A stretch of DNA of 64,000 nt from Basidiobolus meristosporus CBS 931.73 (GCA_002104905.1 MCFE01000012.1:1-64000); one strand, 5' to 3'. Positions 14,250-27,791 are shown, numbered from the stretch's first letter. Notes: generated by a model from the letters alone, not told the origin. Translations and numbers: made by a program.

Positions 14250-14963
14250 CTAGTTAAAGGAATTTGTATTCCGGGTACTACAATATACTCGACATTGCAG
14301 ATTAAGGTTCCTTAGAGTAACATCCTTTGCCGACTCAAGAAGATTGATGAAAAGTAAATAAGCCTCCTCAACTTGCGAATTGGTATCAAAGCTATTCCTT
14401 CTGAGATGGTAGTCCCGGTGGCGGTGGTGGCGGCAGTGGCAACTCCTCGTCAGAGTCAAATTCCACACTTTCATCCTTAACAAACTCACCATTCTCGTCG
14501 CTGGACAAAAATAAGTTTATGTTAATTATAGCAAACATTTGTATTCTGAGCATGTCGCTTTACCGCTTCCATCCTGCCTGTTGTTGGAAGATATTTGTTA
14601 ACCATCGCCAAGAACCAAGTAAATGTGTGTTTCGCGGGTTACCTGCGCCAATTGCAAGTGATATTTTTCCAGCGCTATTCTGTGCACCTCCTCAGGCGAT
14701 ACAGGCGTCTGATCATCCCCAACGATCACACTTTGCTTTCCCTTGGTAATTTTCGGACCCTGCACCATCCAAGGAAACACGTAGTCTTGAGAGCTATATG
14801 TTGTAGCAACGATTGGTTTGGCCTTTGGCTTTGGTTGCTGGCGAGTGAATTGAGGTTGAAAAATTGATCGATTGTCAACACGCTCACTCTTCTTAGTAGA
14901 GAGAGGATTATATCGTGGGCCAGGTAAAAGTGCTTTTGTCATTTTCTCTTGTGTACTAGACAA
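14250..14963 (-). CDS. Hypothetical protein, probably two exons
   Basis: ATG at 14963 opens a 121-aa low-complexity Q/P/K-rich frame; a second open segment at 14250-14492 follows on the same strand. Confidence 0.4.
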
Positions 14964-15859
14964 CAGGGGCGTTGAAGAGGAAGTTTCTTCTTGTACCTAA
15001 TTGCGTAATTGCGTAATTGATTCTTACTTAGTATCCTAGTCAAGTTTCCAATTCGAGGACTTTACCTTCACGATGGGCAATTGTTTGACAGAGAAAGTCT
15101 CTTTTTCTAACCGATGTAATTCTCGTTAGCTAGTTGCTCGAACACCACACTCCAAACGAACGCTAAATACCCTCTCGATGCTTTCTACCCTTTCTGTGGA
15201 TCGATAATTGCTTTATGTCGTCTAAAATTGGTTTCCATCTACAGACCAAACATTTGTATTTTCCATTTGCCAGCAACGTAGCCTCTTTGGGGGAAATCTT
15301 TTCTGCTAATAATTCATCTGTCTGGCATGTTGAATGAAGCGATAAGCAATCAGCCAGTCTATAGTTGTATTCTCCAGAGTAAACCTTACCAAACGTTTGG
15401 TATGTCGGTTGTTTTCGGACCTACTTCGCTCTCCAGTCAGTTTAAACATGTTGTGACACAATAATAGGATGGATCAGCAACATCCAAAGCGATTCCTAAC
15501 TTGGGTTTCGTTGTATATATAGAGCACAAATTGCAATAGCGATTATTTGCAATCTGATCGAACACTATTCGATTGATTTTGGACATGATTCTGGGGAATT
15601 CAATAAAATCGATACTCCATAGAACCTGCGGAAGTCCAATCATTTAGTATGATGGTTGATGAATATAACCAGTGTAGATTTTTCTTGTTTTGATATATCT
15701 CACTCTCATTCGAAAACTCTGATGTTGGGGAAACTTGTTCACTACACTGCGGATGCTGTCTTAGTGAGCGCCATGTTGGCCGGAATTAAGCGATCTACAG
15801 GATTAACGTAAGCGAACTTCCTATTAGTGTCAATGAGAATCTTAGTAATCCGTCATTCA

Positions 15860-16260
15860 GGCTAGCGGTAGACAAAATAGAAAGTCAAGAGGTACGCAAT
15901 GTAGTAGTTAAAGTTCTAAATGTAGGTGAATGGGTATTTGATCAAACAGTACTCTTGATGAATCTCTCCTCCTACTTCGAACGCAGACGCTAAAAGTAAT
16001 TGAAGCATCAAAACCTTGCAAGTGTTATCAATATAAGCTTTTCGTTGGGGATCATGACGCGATGGGCCAAACTTATTCTGACTGTAGGCTTACGAAGCGT
16101 CATCCCATCATTCACACATAAACTTTATCTATTCCAACGCTACACATGATTATGGCTGATACGTACATCTATTATCATACAGATGGATGGCTCAAAATTT
16201 CAGATTTTATTGCTTCTGGACGTTTATAGCCCCAAGTTTGCACCGGAGATGGATAGCTGC
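15860..16260 (+). pseudogene. Possible decayed protein-kinase fragment
   Basis: Colinear kinase-like words: LAVDK..VVVKVL (15901), LKHQNL (16000), DGWLKISDF (16182), FAPEM (16237). They are separated by stops and frameshifts; no HRD motif is visible. Confidence 0.25.
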
Positions 16261-19200
16261 ACTACGCATTTTCTACTAGAGAAACGTATATTACAGCAGT
16301 GGCTTGTAACTTAGTGCTGAATGCTAGAAGTAATTGAAATTCACGTCCATATCAACATTTAGCGCTCAAGCGCATACCATATGGCAGATGAACCAGCAAT
16401 CAATGCCTATTTCAGTGAGGCATTGGTGAGGAATCGGCTACATCTTGTATTCTATACGACATTCTAATTGTGTGTGTACCAAATCACTTTGCGTAACAAA
16501 TAACGAATCTCCAAAGAACAATAAGGAAATGAACTCGATGGAGTATCAGCATTCAAGCCCAATACTACAACCAGCAAACATAACTCACAACAAATCATAT
16601 TTTATTGAGGAGGTGAACACGGTTGTGTGTCAACCAAAAAAGTCCGCATACCATTCAGAACTATCCACATGTAGCTGACTTGTGAAGTGAATGAAGAGTA
16701 TTGTTTACCTTTCAACTCTCGACCAATCACCCCTGCACTATGCTAAATCAAGTTAGAATGGCTCATCCTTGACCAAACAGCAACCAACAAACGATGTCTA
16801 CATATGAGTTTACAGTACCCTACTGAACGGTTATAACTGATACATGCTCACATGAGATGGATCTAACAGAGTAAGAATCTCAATCTGAAACGAGTGCGTT
16901 TTTTTCGCAACACAGTTCCTGTCGCAGTCACCGCGCAATCCTGAAGCCGACATTAGTTTTGAATCGCTTGGAAGCGTTTCCTATAGGGTGAATCCGGCTC
17001 AAATGAAATATGAGATACGTGCATATGGCGGACCCTCATGAAACCCACGATGAATGAAACCATACGATATGAAGAGAGTTACAGTGATACCTGTTGTGCA
17101 ATTTGATGCTGATGAAATGCGCGCATAAGCACACCAACTGAAGTGAACTGGAAAACGAGATTTCACTAACTAGCTCAGTGACCAATCAAGGAACCCTTTC
17201 CGCTACCAAAACGTGACCAGCCTGAACGACATCAATCGCTTAATCTGGATTTTCATATCTATGCGAGTAGACTCCAGTCAACGAAGCGATCTAGAATAAA
17301 TATGGAACTGAATTCCAGGCCACACCAGCATGACTTGGAGCAATATTCTTATAAGAGATGACCACTTCATCAGAGATTTACCCTCTGCTATCAGATGACA
17401 AGTGTTTGTCTGAACTTTGGGGTTTGTGCAACATTTCATTACCGTCATGAGGCTGGGGGACACGATGAATTTCCAACCAGGCCAATTTTGATAGGCCTGC
17501 GGAGGCTACTGTAGGCTGCGAATTGTTGTTGCTTAGACTTCCCAACCTCGAGATCTCACTCACAAATCGGGTATAGTGGATAAACCCCTACTGAAGCACC
17601 AAGCTCAATGATTTATACCGGTCTGTAAACCATTGCACAGAACATTTTTGATAAATTGCATCTCCCACCCTCTGCGACGATTCTTGTAGCTAAACCAGAA
17701 TCGCATCAATGGCGCCAACCCACCATTTACCTCAAATGATGTCGAATAGATGTTCAGCCGGTTGTTCAGCTGAGTGGATCTAGAGACTGATTTGCATACA
17801 TGCCGCTCATTGCCATATCACTGGGTGATCCTTGATTTCGTGAACATGCGAGAACGCTGAGATCCAGGGTGATTGGTTGGTCCTGGAATAATTTGTAGGA
17901 TTCCCTTTCAAGCAGTGATTTACATTGGAGAGCGTGAGGGCTAGATCCGGAAAATACTAAAAATAGAAGAGCTCATCGGTGGGAGTTCTTTGATTGGCCC
18001 ATCGTATTGATGCCAGTAGATTGCTAATGTAGCGGATATGGTTTTTCTGTCTGACTACAGCTAGCGTCGACTTATTTAGGTATGAGGCGATATGGTGAAG
18101 CGGCGTTTCCACCGCTCGTATATAGTGAGGTATCATCCTCTTCACAGGCACAACACGGCTAGCTGCTGATTGTCCAATGTCGTCGAGGTTCGCCTGCTGC
18201 AGTGGGTTCGAAAATGGATATCTGGGTTATTGTGCTGAATCCTCGCATTTCAGATTGCTCATCTGGCCAAAGCTGAGATTGGCTTTTGTTCTAAAACGGC
18301 TTGATTGTATTGGTGAATGCAGGTAGAACTTGGCAGTTTGTGAGAAATTAATCAAAGTCTTTGATCCACATGATGGCCGATGCTTGGCTGATGTCAAGGT
18401 ATCTTGGAGATCCACATAAAACTATTGGTAACGGAGAACTCAATTAGCAGCTCTTGCGGAAAAGGGATAGCCTTATGTAGATAGCCCTATAGTTTAATGT
18501 ACTTGAATCGTATAATCTAATCCTGTGATGGTTTCCGAGTCCTTTTTGGGATTGGGCCAAAGTGATCCCTTTTCACAACCAATTCCAGGTTCTCCAGGAT
18601 CAAGGAGCCACTTAGATCAATATCCCGTGCAACTGGTTGTTGGATACACATTAAAGGAGTCAGATGAACGCTTGGAACAAGCTGCACAACAGGTAGCCGC
18701 TTGGTAATCAGTCCCATCTTTTCATATGATATGCGTGACAAGGTAAACGTCTTGACGATTTCCACCAATCTTCCCTTCAGTTAAAGGTAACAGGCCCGGC
18801 CAAATCCTCGTGTGACTTGATCCAAATGTAAATCGTGTTTCACCAGCTACAAGATGTTGCGAGTTACTCTTGGTTACGAAATTTGTAGTGTGAATATATG
18901 AAGTCACCAGGTTAGGGAAGTTGAAAGCGGATGTTTATCCCGTTGCAGAGCCATAAATATCATCACCACCTTGACTGTATCTTCCAAGCTCTTTGGGTTG
19001 AGCGTAAATAACCGATTAAACTTGATAGCTGCTGTTCATGCCTGAAAATTTTCAGCTATTCATTTATCTGATTTGATCCATTCATTTTATCCGATCTACA
19101 TCAAAATCTGTACTAGTATTAACAACTCGTGACCCTTTCACTATTTTAACTCTTCCTGCGTTCACCACTTGTCCTTTCCTTATATTTCGTTTCTTTCGTA

Positions 19201-19430
19201 GAGTGTAGTTGACAGTCAAGGTCAACATAGCCCTTCTATCCAGATATTTCCCCTTCTCCCATACCTTCTGACCTCTTAGTCCCGCCTAATTTCATATCAA
19301 GTTTCCTTGGTATTAGCTCTATTGGCACATCGGCTGTTCTCGATACACCTTGGGAATACAGCAACTGCTCGCACGCCTTGGATTCTTTTATGGGCTTACA
19401 CCAAACATAGGGAAGCAGCCAAACGCAGAT

Positions 19431-22400
19431 ATGTTGCAAAAATTATTTCGAAAGCATTCTCTCGAGCAATCTCAAGAAAAGCATGTCAATGCCTTATTAG
19501 AACCCATGAGGTACTTTTTGTGCACCATTTACTCTTCCGCATTATCTCTACTCGGGTCATCGTCGGTGGGTCTCTTCTGTTCACTCATCCATTCTTACTT
19601 TTCACATCTAGCTGGACTCCGGCGCCCTTCGAGCCCCGCCAAATTCGGGTACTCGTCTGTCAGGATAACGGCGATAAAAGAAAAATACCTCTGTTGGATA
19701 CCAACCTTACTTTCGACGAGGCAGGTGGCCAATTTCTGTCCAGCTCGTCTCCTTCCACTCGTAATGGGTCCAGCTCCTCCTGGTCCGACGGCAGCTTTTT
19801 TTCTCCTCGATCGAAGAGAAACTCTACCAACACTCTCCCGTTCTCAACGGGAAACAGTTCCACCATGTCATCGTACAAAAAGGTAAGTCTCTATATGGCA
19901 TAGCATGCCAATACAGCGGTTACTAACAAACACGTAGTTGAGTTACAACCTAGACATTATAGGGGAAATGATGTTTGGCGCAGTCCCTCTATCTTACAAA
20001 GGAATGACAACAAAAATCCATCACATCAAAGGAGCGAAGCCCCAAATCCTGCTGACCAAGCTCTTCTCTATCAATATGGGCGATTTGGAACAGTGTTCAG
20101 GAAAGGCACGTCGGTCCATGTCAATTAATTCTGAATGCAGTGATATCTCATCCGAATCATGGTCTACTTCCGCTAACGATTACTGGAGTCCCAATCTGAT
20201 TAACCGGAGCAGCAATGGGGTTGACTTCGGTAAAACCAATGGTAATCACTCCCGTCACGATAGCTTTTCGTCCAGCATCTTCTCCGTGGACGGGAATAAC
20301 AGCGATGAGGAGAACACTTCGAGAGCTTATCCAACTGGAATACCAAATCCAAAAAATCACCGAGCTAGCTCTGTTCATAGTCTGAGTTCGTCAGTCAGCT
20401 CTTACAAGGACAAGAGACTGTGGAGGTCCGGGCAAACAAGTATAGAGAATGGTGTGTTTAATCCGACACCATTACCCGGAAAGCCATGTGTTGGTGAATC
20501 GGTATGGAGCAAGTTAATGTCTCCACCACGTTTGCTTCCTTAGTAACCGACCTTATTTCTAGAGCGCTTTGAAGCACAGCTCTCGATCCATCATGTATTC
20601 AATTGGAATTGTCATATCGCTTGAAGACAACAAATCCCTCAAGGATTATCTCTTCTCTCATTTCTCGTTATTAGAGGCCCGATTACACAAGCTTCATGGA
20701 GTCGTGATGAACCTGTTATGCCCGTTGCTTCGAAAGAATCTCATGAAGGCTCATTGTCCTCAAAGTTCGGTAAGCCATCTTAAAGTCACTAGAAATCTCG
20801 GGTACAAAATCAATTTCTCACTCATCGCACTTCAGATGTATCCGCATAGAAGTGGGTCATTGGCATCATTGCCACCCTACAGTTTACAAACGGAGGCTGT
20901 TCTGGTAGAAGCTGTGCACAAATTCGTGCAGGACGTCTGCGACCTTTATAGAACCCCTAGACTTCAGGTCAGTTATGCGCCATATACGACAGAATACATA
21001 TCCCGGCAATCTAACACTGCTACTCCATAGACTCCCCTCTGGCTGAACCTTCACACTTTTCCAAGCAACCAAAAGGTGTATTATCAGACATTTATCTCAG
21101 AGCTGACCGATATACTGGCAAAGTTTGAAACACCCAAGTTCAACTGGTATCCTTTTATTTGCGGCGCTTTGTGTGTGATATAGAGGAAGGTTACAAACAC
21201 CCGTATTTATCCTGAACTAAGCAATCATTAGCTTTATCTCCACACTGTTCACAGCAGTTCTAACAAATCATCTTTCATGGGTGCCTACTGTAACGCCACC
21301 GGGTTTGAGCGGAGCCAGCAACTCCGAGATGGTTAGTCGATAACATTCCCGCAACTGTCGAATGTATTCTAGCAGCCATACTGATCGTTTGCAACAGAAA
21401 CATCCCTTCGACACTACGGGCCTGTCATATAATCCTCTTTGGGCGCAATACAGGTATCTGATGATTTTGAGCGATAGTAGCGTCCCTAACCCTAGTCCTA
21501 ATACTTGTCTACACTAGTGATCTGTATGGGAACACTGGCAATCCGCCCAAGCTCTGCCGTGTGATTGTTGTGGGAACCAATGCTACCTTTGTTAAACGCA
21601 TACTCTACATCCTCAGCTACTTGCTGCGGTGCAATGAGGTGTTCGAGAATGTAGAGGAGTATGTGGTTGACGACTATGACTCCCAGTCAGACTCTTCGTC
21701 GATCCCTAGAGAGAATCTTGATTCACCGTTATATGGGGATACCCAGCCATTTTCTACAATATTGAACCTATCAGGCAGTACGGAACATTCGAATAGAAAA
21801 TACCCGGCCCCATTCGTAGCGACCTTGAAAAATAGCGAACTGGAAGTGTGTAACCGTGTGAACTACCTAAAAGAAAGCCATCCCACGCAGAACAACATGT
21901 TTCAAGAAACCCTCACCTCATCACCCAAGGTTCTCGAGACAAGCCCCGAGTTTGATGGGAAGTTTGAGAAGAACGTGGGACTGCCATTAGCCAAGCATGC
22001 CTCGAAAGTTAGTCATGTAACTGAACAATTGAACAACAGCACTAATGGCAGAAAAGAGAGCAACAAGGGAGAAAAAGTCATTGACAGTCCACTGCAGTGG
22101 GGCAATATTGAGCGTAGAAGTACTGGCGGATCTAATGTTCACCATGGACCTGATGGCGGAGCACCATTAAGCATCCCTGCTACAGACGATCTACCTTCCA
22201 GGCCAGACGGGTTTGTTGAGATTCCCATGATTGGCTCGCAGGTGGTTGCTCAAATTCCAGACGCTGAGGAACAAGGGGACTTGCGTCCGGATCGCCTGTT
22301 TGCAAAAAGCTTTGGCCGGTCTATGATGGTTGGGTATTGTCCAAAGTACATGCCCGATTTCGTGCTGATGGGACTACCAAGGTTTGATTTCCTTGACGAG

Positions 22401-23112
22401 TTGGAGAACGATCTGAAAGATTCTGTTCAGGTAAAGGAGGATCGACTGCTTGGAGTATAGTGAGGTGGTACTGATAATGGTGTTTATAGTATCACGTTGA
22501 TGGGCCCGTATCGCAATCAAGCTGTATTATTGCTGATACCAATACTTGGTAATGCCACCCTCCGTCTGGAACACACATCTTGTCTCCACATTAATCTCGA
22601 TGTATTCCTAGGCAATGCAACATAGTCGACTATATAGCAAGGTCCTCTGATCCAGGTTTTGAGGAAAACTTCAACCCCAAAAAAGGAGTTACTATACAGC
22701 GAGTTGTAGCGTCTGATTTCATACGCCAAACACTCACGCAAATGCAAAGCCTGTTTCGCCTCGGCATACCTGCTGAATCTGTACGGTCTCAATCATTAAT
22801 GCTTCTTCAACGCATCCACTAATCCGCTCCCTCCATCTCAGTGTGCTAGATACTTTGAGGATATGCTTCAGGAGTTATTCTTAAAGAGCCGTATTATAGC
22901 GGAGGTTTTGGACAGCCAGGAGATAGATCGTGAGATTGACCAGAAGGCACTTGGTGCGATAGTGAGGTAGATCACCAGGTTTAGCGCTGAATTAACTCAT
23001 TGAGGCTAACATTTTCCATTGCAGCCTTAAGGAATCAGATATGCCATTGCTTCTCTCCGTTGCCAAGACGCATAGTCTTGGGCTCATTCGCGATTTGAAT
23101 AAGCAGATGTAG
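19431..23112 (+). CDS. FNIP: Folliculin-interacting protein (FNIP1/2, Lst4-like), multi-exon
   Basis: QIRVLVCQD and IIGEMMFGAVPLSYKGMTTKIH..QILLTKLF (FNIP_N); FISTLFTAVLTNHLSWVPTV (FNIP_M); SLM-type VGYCPKYMPDFVLMG and DMPLLLSVAKTHS (FNIP_C). Confidence 0.92.
21147..21231 (+). other. U12-type (minor spliceosome) GT-AG intron in FNIP
   Basis: 5' splice site GTATCCTTTT; branch-like TCCTGAAC at 21210-21217, 14 nt before the end of the intron. Removing it restores the conserved frame KFN-C-FISTLFTAVLTNHLSWVPTV. Confidence 0.85.
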
Positions 23113-23977
23113 GGACGTTTCTTCACGTCAAAGCGCATCGACCAACAAGAATCCACAATAGCTCTACGCATATGCAATAGCATGTCCAACAATGCCGACT
23201 TCCGCATTTCGTAGTCACTTTGAAAGGACAGGCCACGAGTATTCTGAACATTCACCTTATTCTAATTAATACGTCGTAATCTATTTCCGATTTACTATAA
23301 TTCTTATTTGCCTCGCCCCCACCCCCTTCGCCGAGGGAGCCAAAAAATTAGGTCGAAACCACGGCGGCGTACACACCAGTATTCTCAGAAATTCCGGGAC
23401 AACCAACTTATTAGTTGTAATCTTACTTGAGGAGATCATTCATTATCTTCAAGTGTCAATACCTAGACAATATCACGCACATCCCCATTCATTTTCGATT
23501 ATCTTCCAACAAAATGCCCTTGTAAATCACTTGACATTTTTTAGTGTATATATCCAACACGTCTGATATACTCTTCTTTCCTAGCCTTATTGACTATTTC
23601 CCTTGGTTATTCTAAATTAGTAGCATTTCATTGCGGTTGGAATTTTCAATCGTCCATGGTTTGTGCTATATCATATAAAGCTGCATTTGATCATGATCTT
23701 TTGCCGGTATTTCCATCACACCCCTGCTGGAAGGTGGAGATTTAGGTTTGGACCCTTCAATGTGCACTCAACTTTCCAAATTTTTTTGGACCTGAACTAT
23801 CCTAGTGACGACCTTAGCGTCGTAACCTTCATGAAAGTTCGGCAAAGTGCATGTGAATTAACATTCCATCTTTTATAAAGAATCAATAAATACTAAATGT
23901 ATGAGTAAAGTAGAGCAAACGTAATATACCAAGCCAGAAAAGTATGGGATGACATGACGGAAAGGGGGAGCGGGTAT

Positions 23978-26143
23978 TTACTTGAGCAAGCTAATTTTAG
24001 CTGATAGCTTGGTTGGCTCACTGAGAAGATAGACCAATTCACGGGTATCAACGGAATCCAACAAACGAACTGTAACCTTGGATGGCTCTGGGATTCCCAG
24101 GCTCTTGACAACGGGGAAGAGTTTGGAGCCCAATTTTTGTTTACGCTCAGCCTCGGGTTTAGTTGCCAACTCAGACACGAGTCTCTCGCTTTCCGGAGAG
24201 AGCGTAAATTGAGCATCACCGGTATTATTGACAGAACTGGCCTTGACTATATCCAAAGCCCTCTTTGCCTCAACGACCTTTTTAGAAAGGTATTCTGGGT
24301 TGAAGAGGATCTGTGCGCGTTCAATGCGAGGCAAACCAAGCAACAGTTGAGCGATTTCTTCCGTGTCCTCCTTTTGGATGGAGGCAACTAGCTGCAGAAC
24401 CTTCTGTTTCTCGGCCTCTGGGCTACACTGCTCAACCAATTCACCTTGGTTGACGGACCAGCTACCGTTGGATAGATTTTTGCGGGCTTCAATGGCCTTT
24501 TCTTCCAGAGCCTTAGGATAAGAAAGAAGGAATACAAGATCATCCATTTTGAAAGTGAGCAGGGCCTCAACTACTTTGGAGAAGTCCTGTTCCTCGATGG
24601 AGTCAAATTTCTTCAACTGAGAGGTGATCCTAGAGCCAAGGATACTGTTTCTGGTCTCAACAGTAAAGGATGAAAGAAGTGAGGGATCCAACTGGACTTC
24701 TCCATTCCCGACAAATGCAGTATCCTCCATCTTACCGGTGGAGGAGTCACTGCCGTAAGTGGCGGCAAGTCGGGCTTCACGGATACTCTTGGGTTCAGCA
24801 ATGCAAACGGTGATACATTTGGAACGAATAGGGCGTCCGTCTTTCTCGGCCATCGCTCTAGCGGCATCCTCGGGATTACGGAAACTGACGAAACCGAAGC
24901 CCTTCGATTTGAAGGTTTTCTCGTCCATCATGACTCGAGCACTGATGATGTGTCCAAAGCTTTGGAACTCGTAGAAGAGGTCGGAGCTCTTGACGGAGGG
25001 ATCCAGGTTTTTGATATACAAGTTGGAAGGATCAAGGCCCGCACTCTTACTGGCCTCAACACTACGGATATCATTGGTCTCGACAGGCTCTGCTTGAGCG
25101 TAGATGGAGCTGCCACTATTGAATGCGCTAGGTTCGGATGTGGCGTACTCAGAGGCTTGAGAACCCACGTCTTTATTTCCTTGAGATGGAGGAGTAAAGA
25201 GATCGAAAGAAAGACCAGGACGTCCACGCAGGCTGCCACTGCTAACGGAACCAACTCTCAGTGAACTGCTAGGTGTTTTTCCGGTCTTTTTATCACGAGG
25301 GACATACTGGGTCAAGGTGCTAAGAATACAGAATACAGAGTTAGTATGGACCAAGCGACTAGTTTCATGAATCACCACAATGCACATACATAGCACAGCC
25401 TTTGTATTCAGCGCCATTCTGCAGAAAGGAAAATGTTAGCTCAAACAGTAGTCCAGGGATCCCTCTCTTCCCCTTACCATTTTCTCGTAAGCGGTGTTGG
25501 TATCATCGGGATTCCAGTACTGGATCAGAGCGAAGCCACGGAATGTACCATTCTCGTCCATACCAAGTTTGCAGAGGTAGATGTGGCCAATCTCACGGAA
25601 CATACTGTAGATAGAAACTTCATCGGCTTCTGGGGCGACATGCTTAACCATGATGGTTTGGCAAGGAGGCTCCTGCTCGACTTTCCCAGAGTTGGGCTCG
25701 AAATAAGTGAGCCCCATGAGACCCTTGTGAGCCTTCATGTAGGTGTTGTTCATCGTGGCAAAGGCTCTTTCCGCTAAGGATGTCCTCAATGGTTAGCTTC
25801 TACACTATCCCAGCACCCTTATTGCATAATAAAAACCCCATACCCTCGATCGGTGTGAAGAACTCCAACATGCAACCAACTAAAGAGTTGGAGTGAGCAA
25901 CCCGGAAGCTAGATGAGGTGATGAAATTAGCGAGTAGACAAGTTATACAGCATACAGCATATAGTAATACCTTTTGGGGGGAGTGGTGCTGAACATAGCT
26001 TTCAAGTCGTCCAAGGCGGCAGTAACGGGGATAGTACGCACATAGAGGCGAGTTTCAGTGAAACTAGGAACACTTGGTGTCTTGGAAAGAGCAGACAAGG
26101 TTGCTGCGTCAAGGCCAGAGAGTGTGCTAGCTTTAGTAGCCAT
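23978..26143 (-). CDS. rrm4: Rrm4-type mRNA transport protein (3 RRM + 3 MLLE/PABC-like domains), multi-exon
   Basis: RRM3 reads DPSNLYIKNLDP..DLFYEFQSFGHIISARVM..SKGFGFVSF..EPKSIREARLAATY. Three C-terminal MLLE-like repeats follow, including LPRIERAQILFNPEYLSKKVVEAK and KQKLGSKLFPVVKSLGIPEPSKVTVRLLDS. Confidence 0.88.
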
Positions 26144-27573
26144 CTTAATATTAAATATAGTAAGTAAAGGATAAAAGTTAAAGGAAGAAGAGGTGGAAGA
26201 AAAGTTTAGCTAAACCAAGTTTAATATCAGAAGTCGAGAGGGTTCCAATGCATTCAAAATTACCCTCTATGTGCCCTGGGCCATTGGGTCAAAACAGGTA
26301 TTTGCATAGTGAGAGATGCGTTGGATTCTGTGTCAGGGGAAGGGCGAAAAGTGCGTTACCTTTGATGATTGGAGAAAAGTTGAACAGTAAATATGGGTGG
26401 GTGTACATAGGTCACCAGTGACGGGTAAAATGACCCAGGAAGTAACATGCAAGTCTAAGCCAGCTGGTAAGAAACGGATCTGGTTGATGGTAAATGAAGT
26501 GCAAAGAAAAGAATTACAAAACAGGTAACTCAAATAATATTTATGCAACAAGTTTTGATCGTTGATGAATTAACAGTACGAACTAACGAATGAGTGGGTG
26601 AGCTCCAAAGGGGAGTGCAAAATCAATATTAAGTAAATTAAGGAAACGAATAATGATTGGACCATTCAGTTGCGTTGTTACGTGATGTGATTTGGAGGGA
26701 CCACATGACTTTCTAAGCCATTTATTACTCCGGTAGAAATCACTTGCAAACAACTGAATATGCCTACGGCTTTACATTTTCCAGAAGAGATGGGTATCAC
26801 TCCTCGGCTATGGTTGCTGGTTCCGAACAATAAGATATTGCGGACGTATCTGCTCTTAGCTTATGGCCTTTGTATACATTTCATGTTACACGATGCTAGA
26901 ATTGCTCAAGTGCGCAATTAGGGTGCGCGATCTTTATGTGGAAAAATATCGTTCTGGATTCATCAGCAATATCAGACGGCCAGATTGAATGGCATTGTGC
27001 ATTATCGAACTGGTGTTTCCTCACTTCTATCACAATCAATCATTATTGATATGAAAATTTTCCATTCCGACTGATAGCGGGAGTAATCATGAAGATTGGC
27101 ATGCAGAATACTGAAAATGGTCGAAGACCAATGATATATGTGGCGTATGAATACACTTCCATCTTTGTTTTGAAACAAAGCGGTAGTACTTGATGATAGA
27201 TGCTCCACAAATACCATTGACAACTTTGAATTAACCAGCACTGCTCTATTATCAAGCAATCAATGAGTGGAGGTGATGTTCATCTCATCAGTAGCTATTA
27301 GCTATCAGCCATCAACTATATCATCACATAAATAGATAAACCAAGTATAAGCAAGGCTATTCGCCTATTCGGTATCTGGACAAGCGATTCGTAGATAGGT
27401 TTCTGGCCATGATTTTGGTGCAAATCAGTGTGGTCGCCATCTTCGGTGATAGTTAACCTTTCATGGGTTAACCATGATATGAAATTAATAGTTCAAAATA
27501 TCAATCACCGCTTCTTGTATGTATTGATATTGGCAAGTCACAGATAAATCAGTGCAAAGTTATTGATTGTAGC

Positions 27574-27580
27574 TATATAA
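27574..27580 (+). promoter_or_regulatory. TATA box candidate
   Basis: TATATAA about 45 nt upstream of the ATG at 27621. Confidence 0.45.
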
Positions 27581-27620
27581 GCAGTACAATACCTCTCGAA
27601 AGTCATCAACCACTACAACG

Positions 27621-27791
27621 ATGAAAATTTCCATTGCTATCCTCTTTCTCGCTCTCACCAATATGAGCAATTGCCAAGTAGATGTCGCATCTGCCTCCCA
27701 GGACCCAGAATTTGTCACTCATGTGTCTACCCGGTATGTTACTCTTGGCCAACTTCTCCCTGCACCAACTGGGATCATTGGACGCGACTAA
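27621..27791 (+). CDS. Small secreted peptide candidate (56 aa if unspliced)
   Basis: MKISIAILFLALTNMSNCQVDVASASQDPEFVTHVSTRYVTLGQLLPAPTGIIGRD*. It has a signal-peptide-like N-terminus and an upstream TATA. It falls below the ORF-track length cutoff. Confidence 0.5.
   Translation: MKISIAILFLALTNMSNCQVDVASASQDPEFVTHVSTRYVTLGQLLPAPTGIIGRD

Noticed and set aside
14998-15019. Short tandem TAATTGCG repeat resembling bZIP sites
   Set aside because: Under three units; too short to support a function.
17000-19100. Many 60-80 aa ORFs on both strands suggesting a decayed gene
   Set aside because: No consistent frame, exon chain or motif could be assembled.
19307-19903. Two long overlapping + strand ORFs at the FNIP 5' end
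   Set aside because: Explained by one intron (from about 19511) joining exon 1 in one frame to exon 2 in the other.
21483-21500. CCCTAACCCTAGTCCTAA, a telomerase-template-like motif
   Set aside because: Lies inside an FNIP intron and overlaps ordinary branch-point-like CTAAC sequence; no other support.
24137-25777. Several + strand ORFs over rrm4
   Set aside because: Antisense shadows of the real coding strand.
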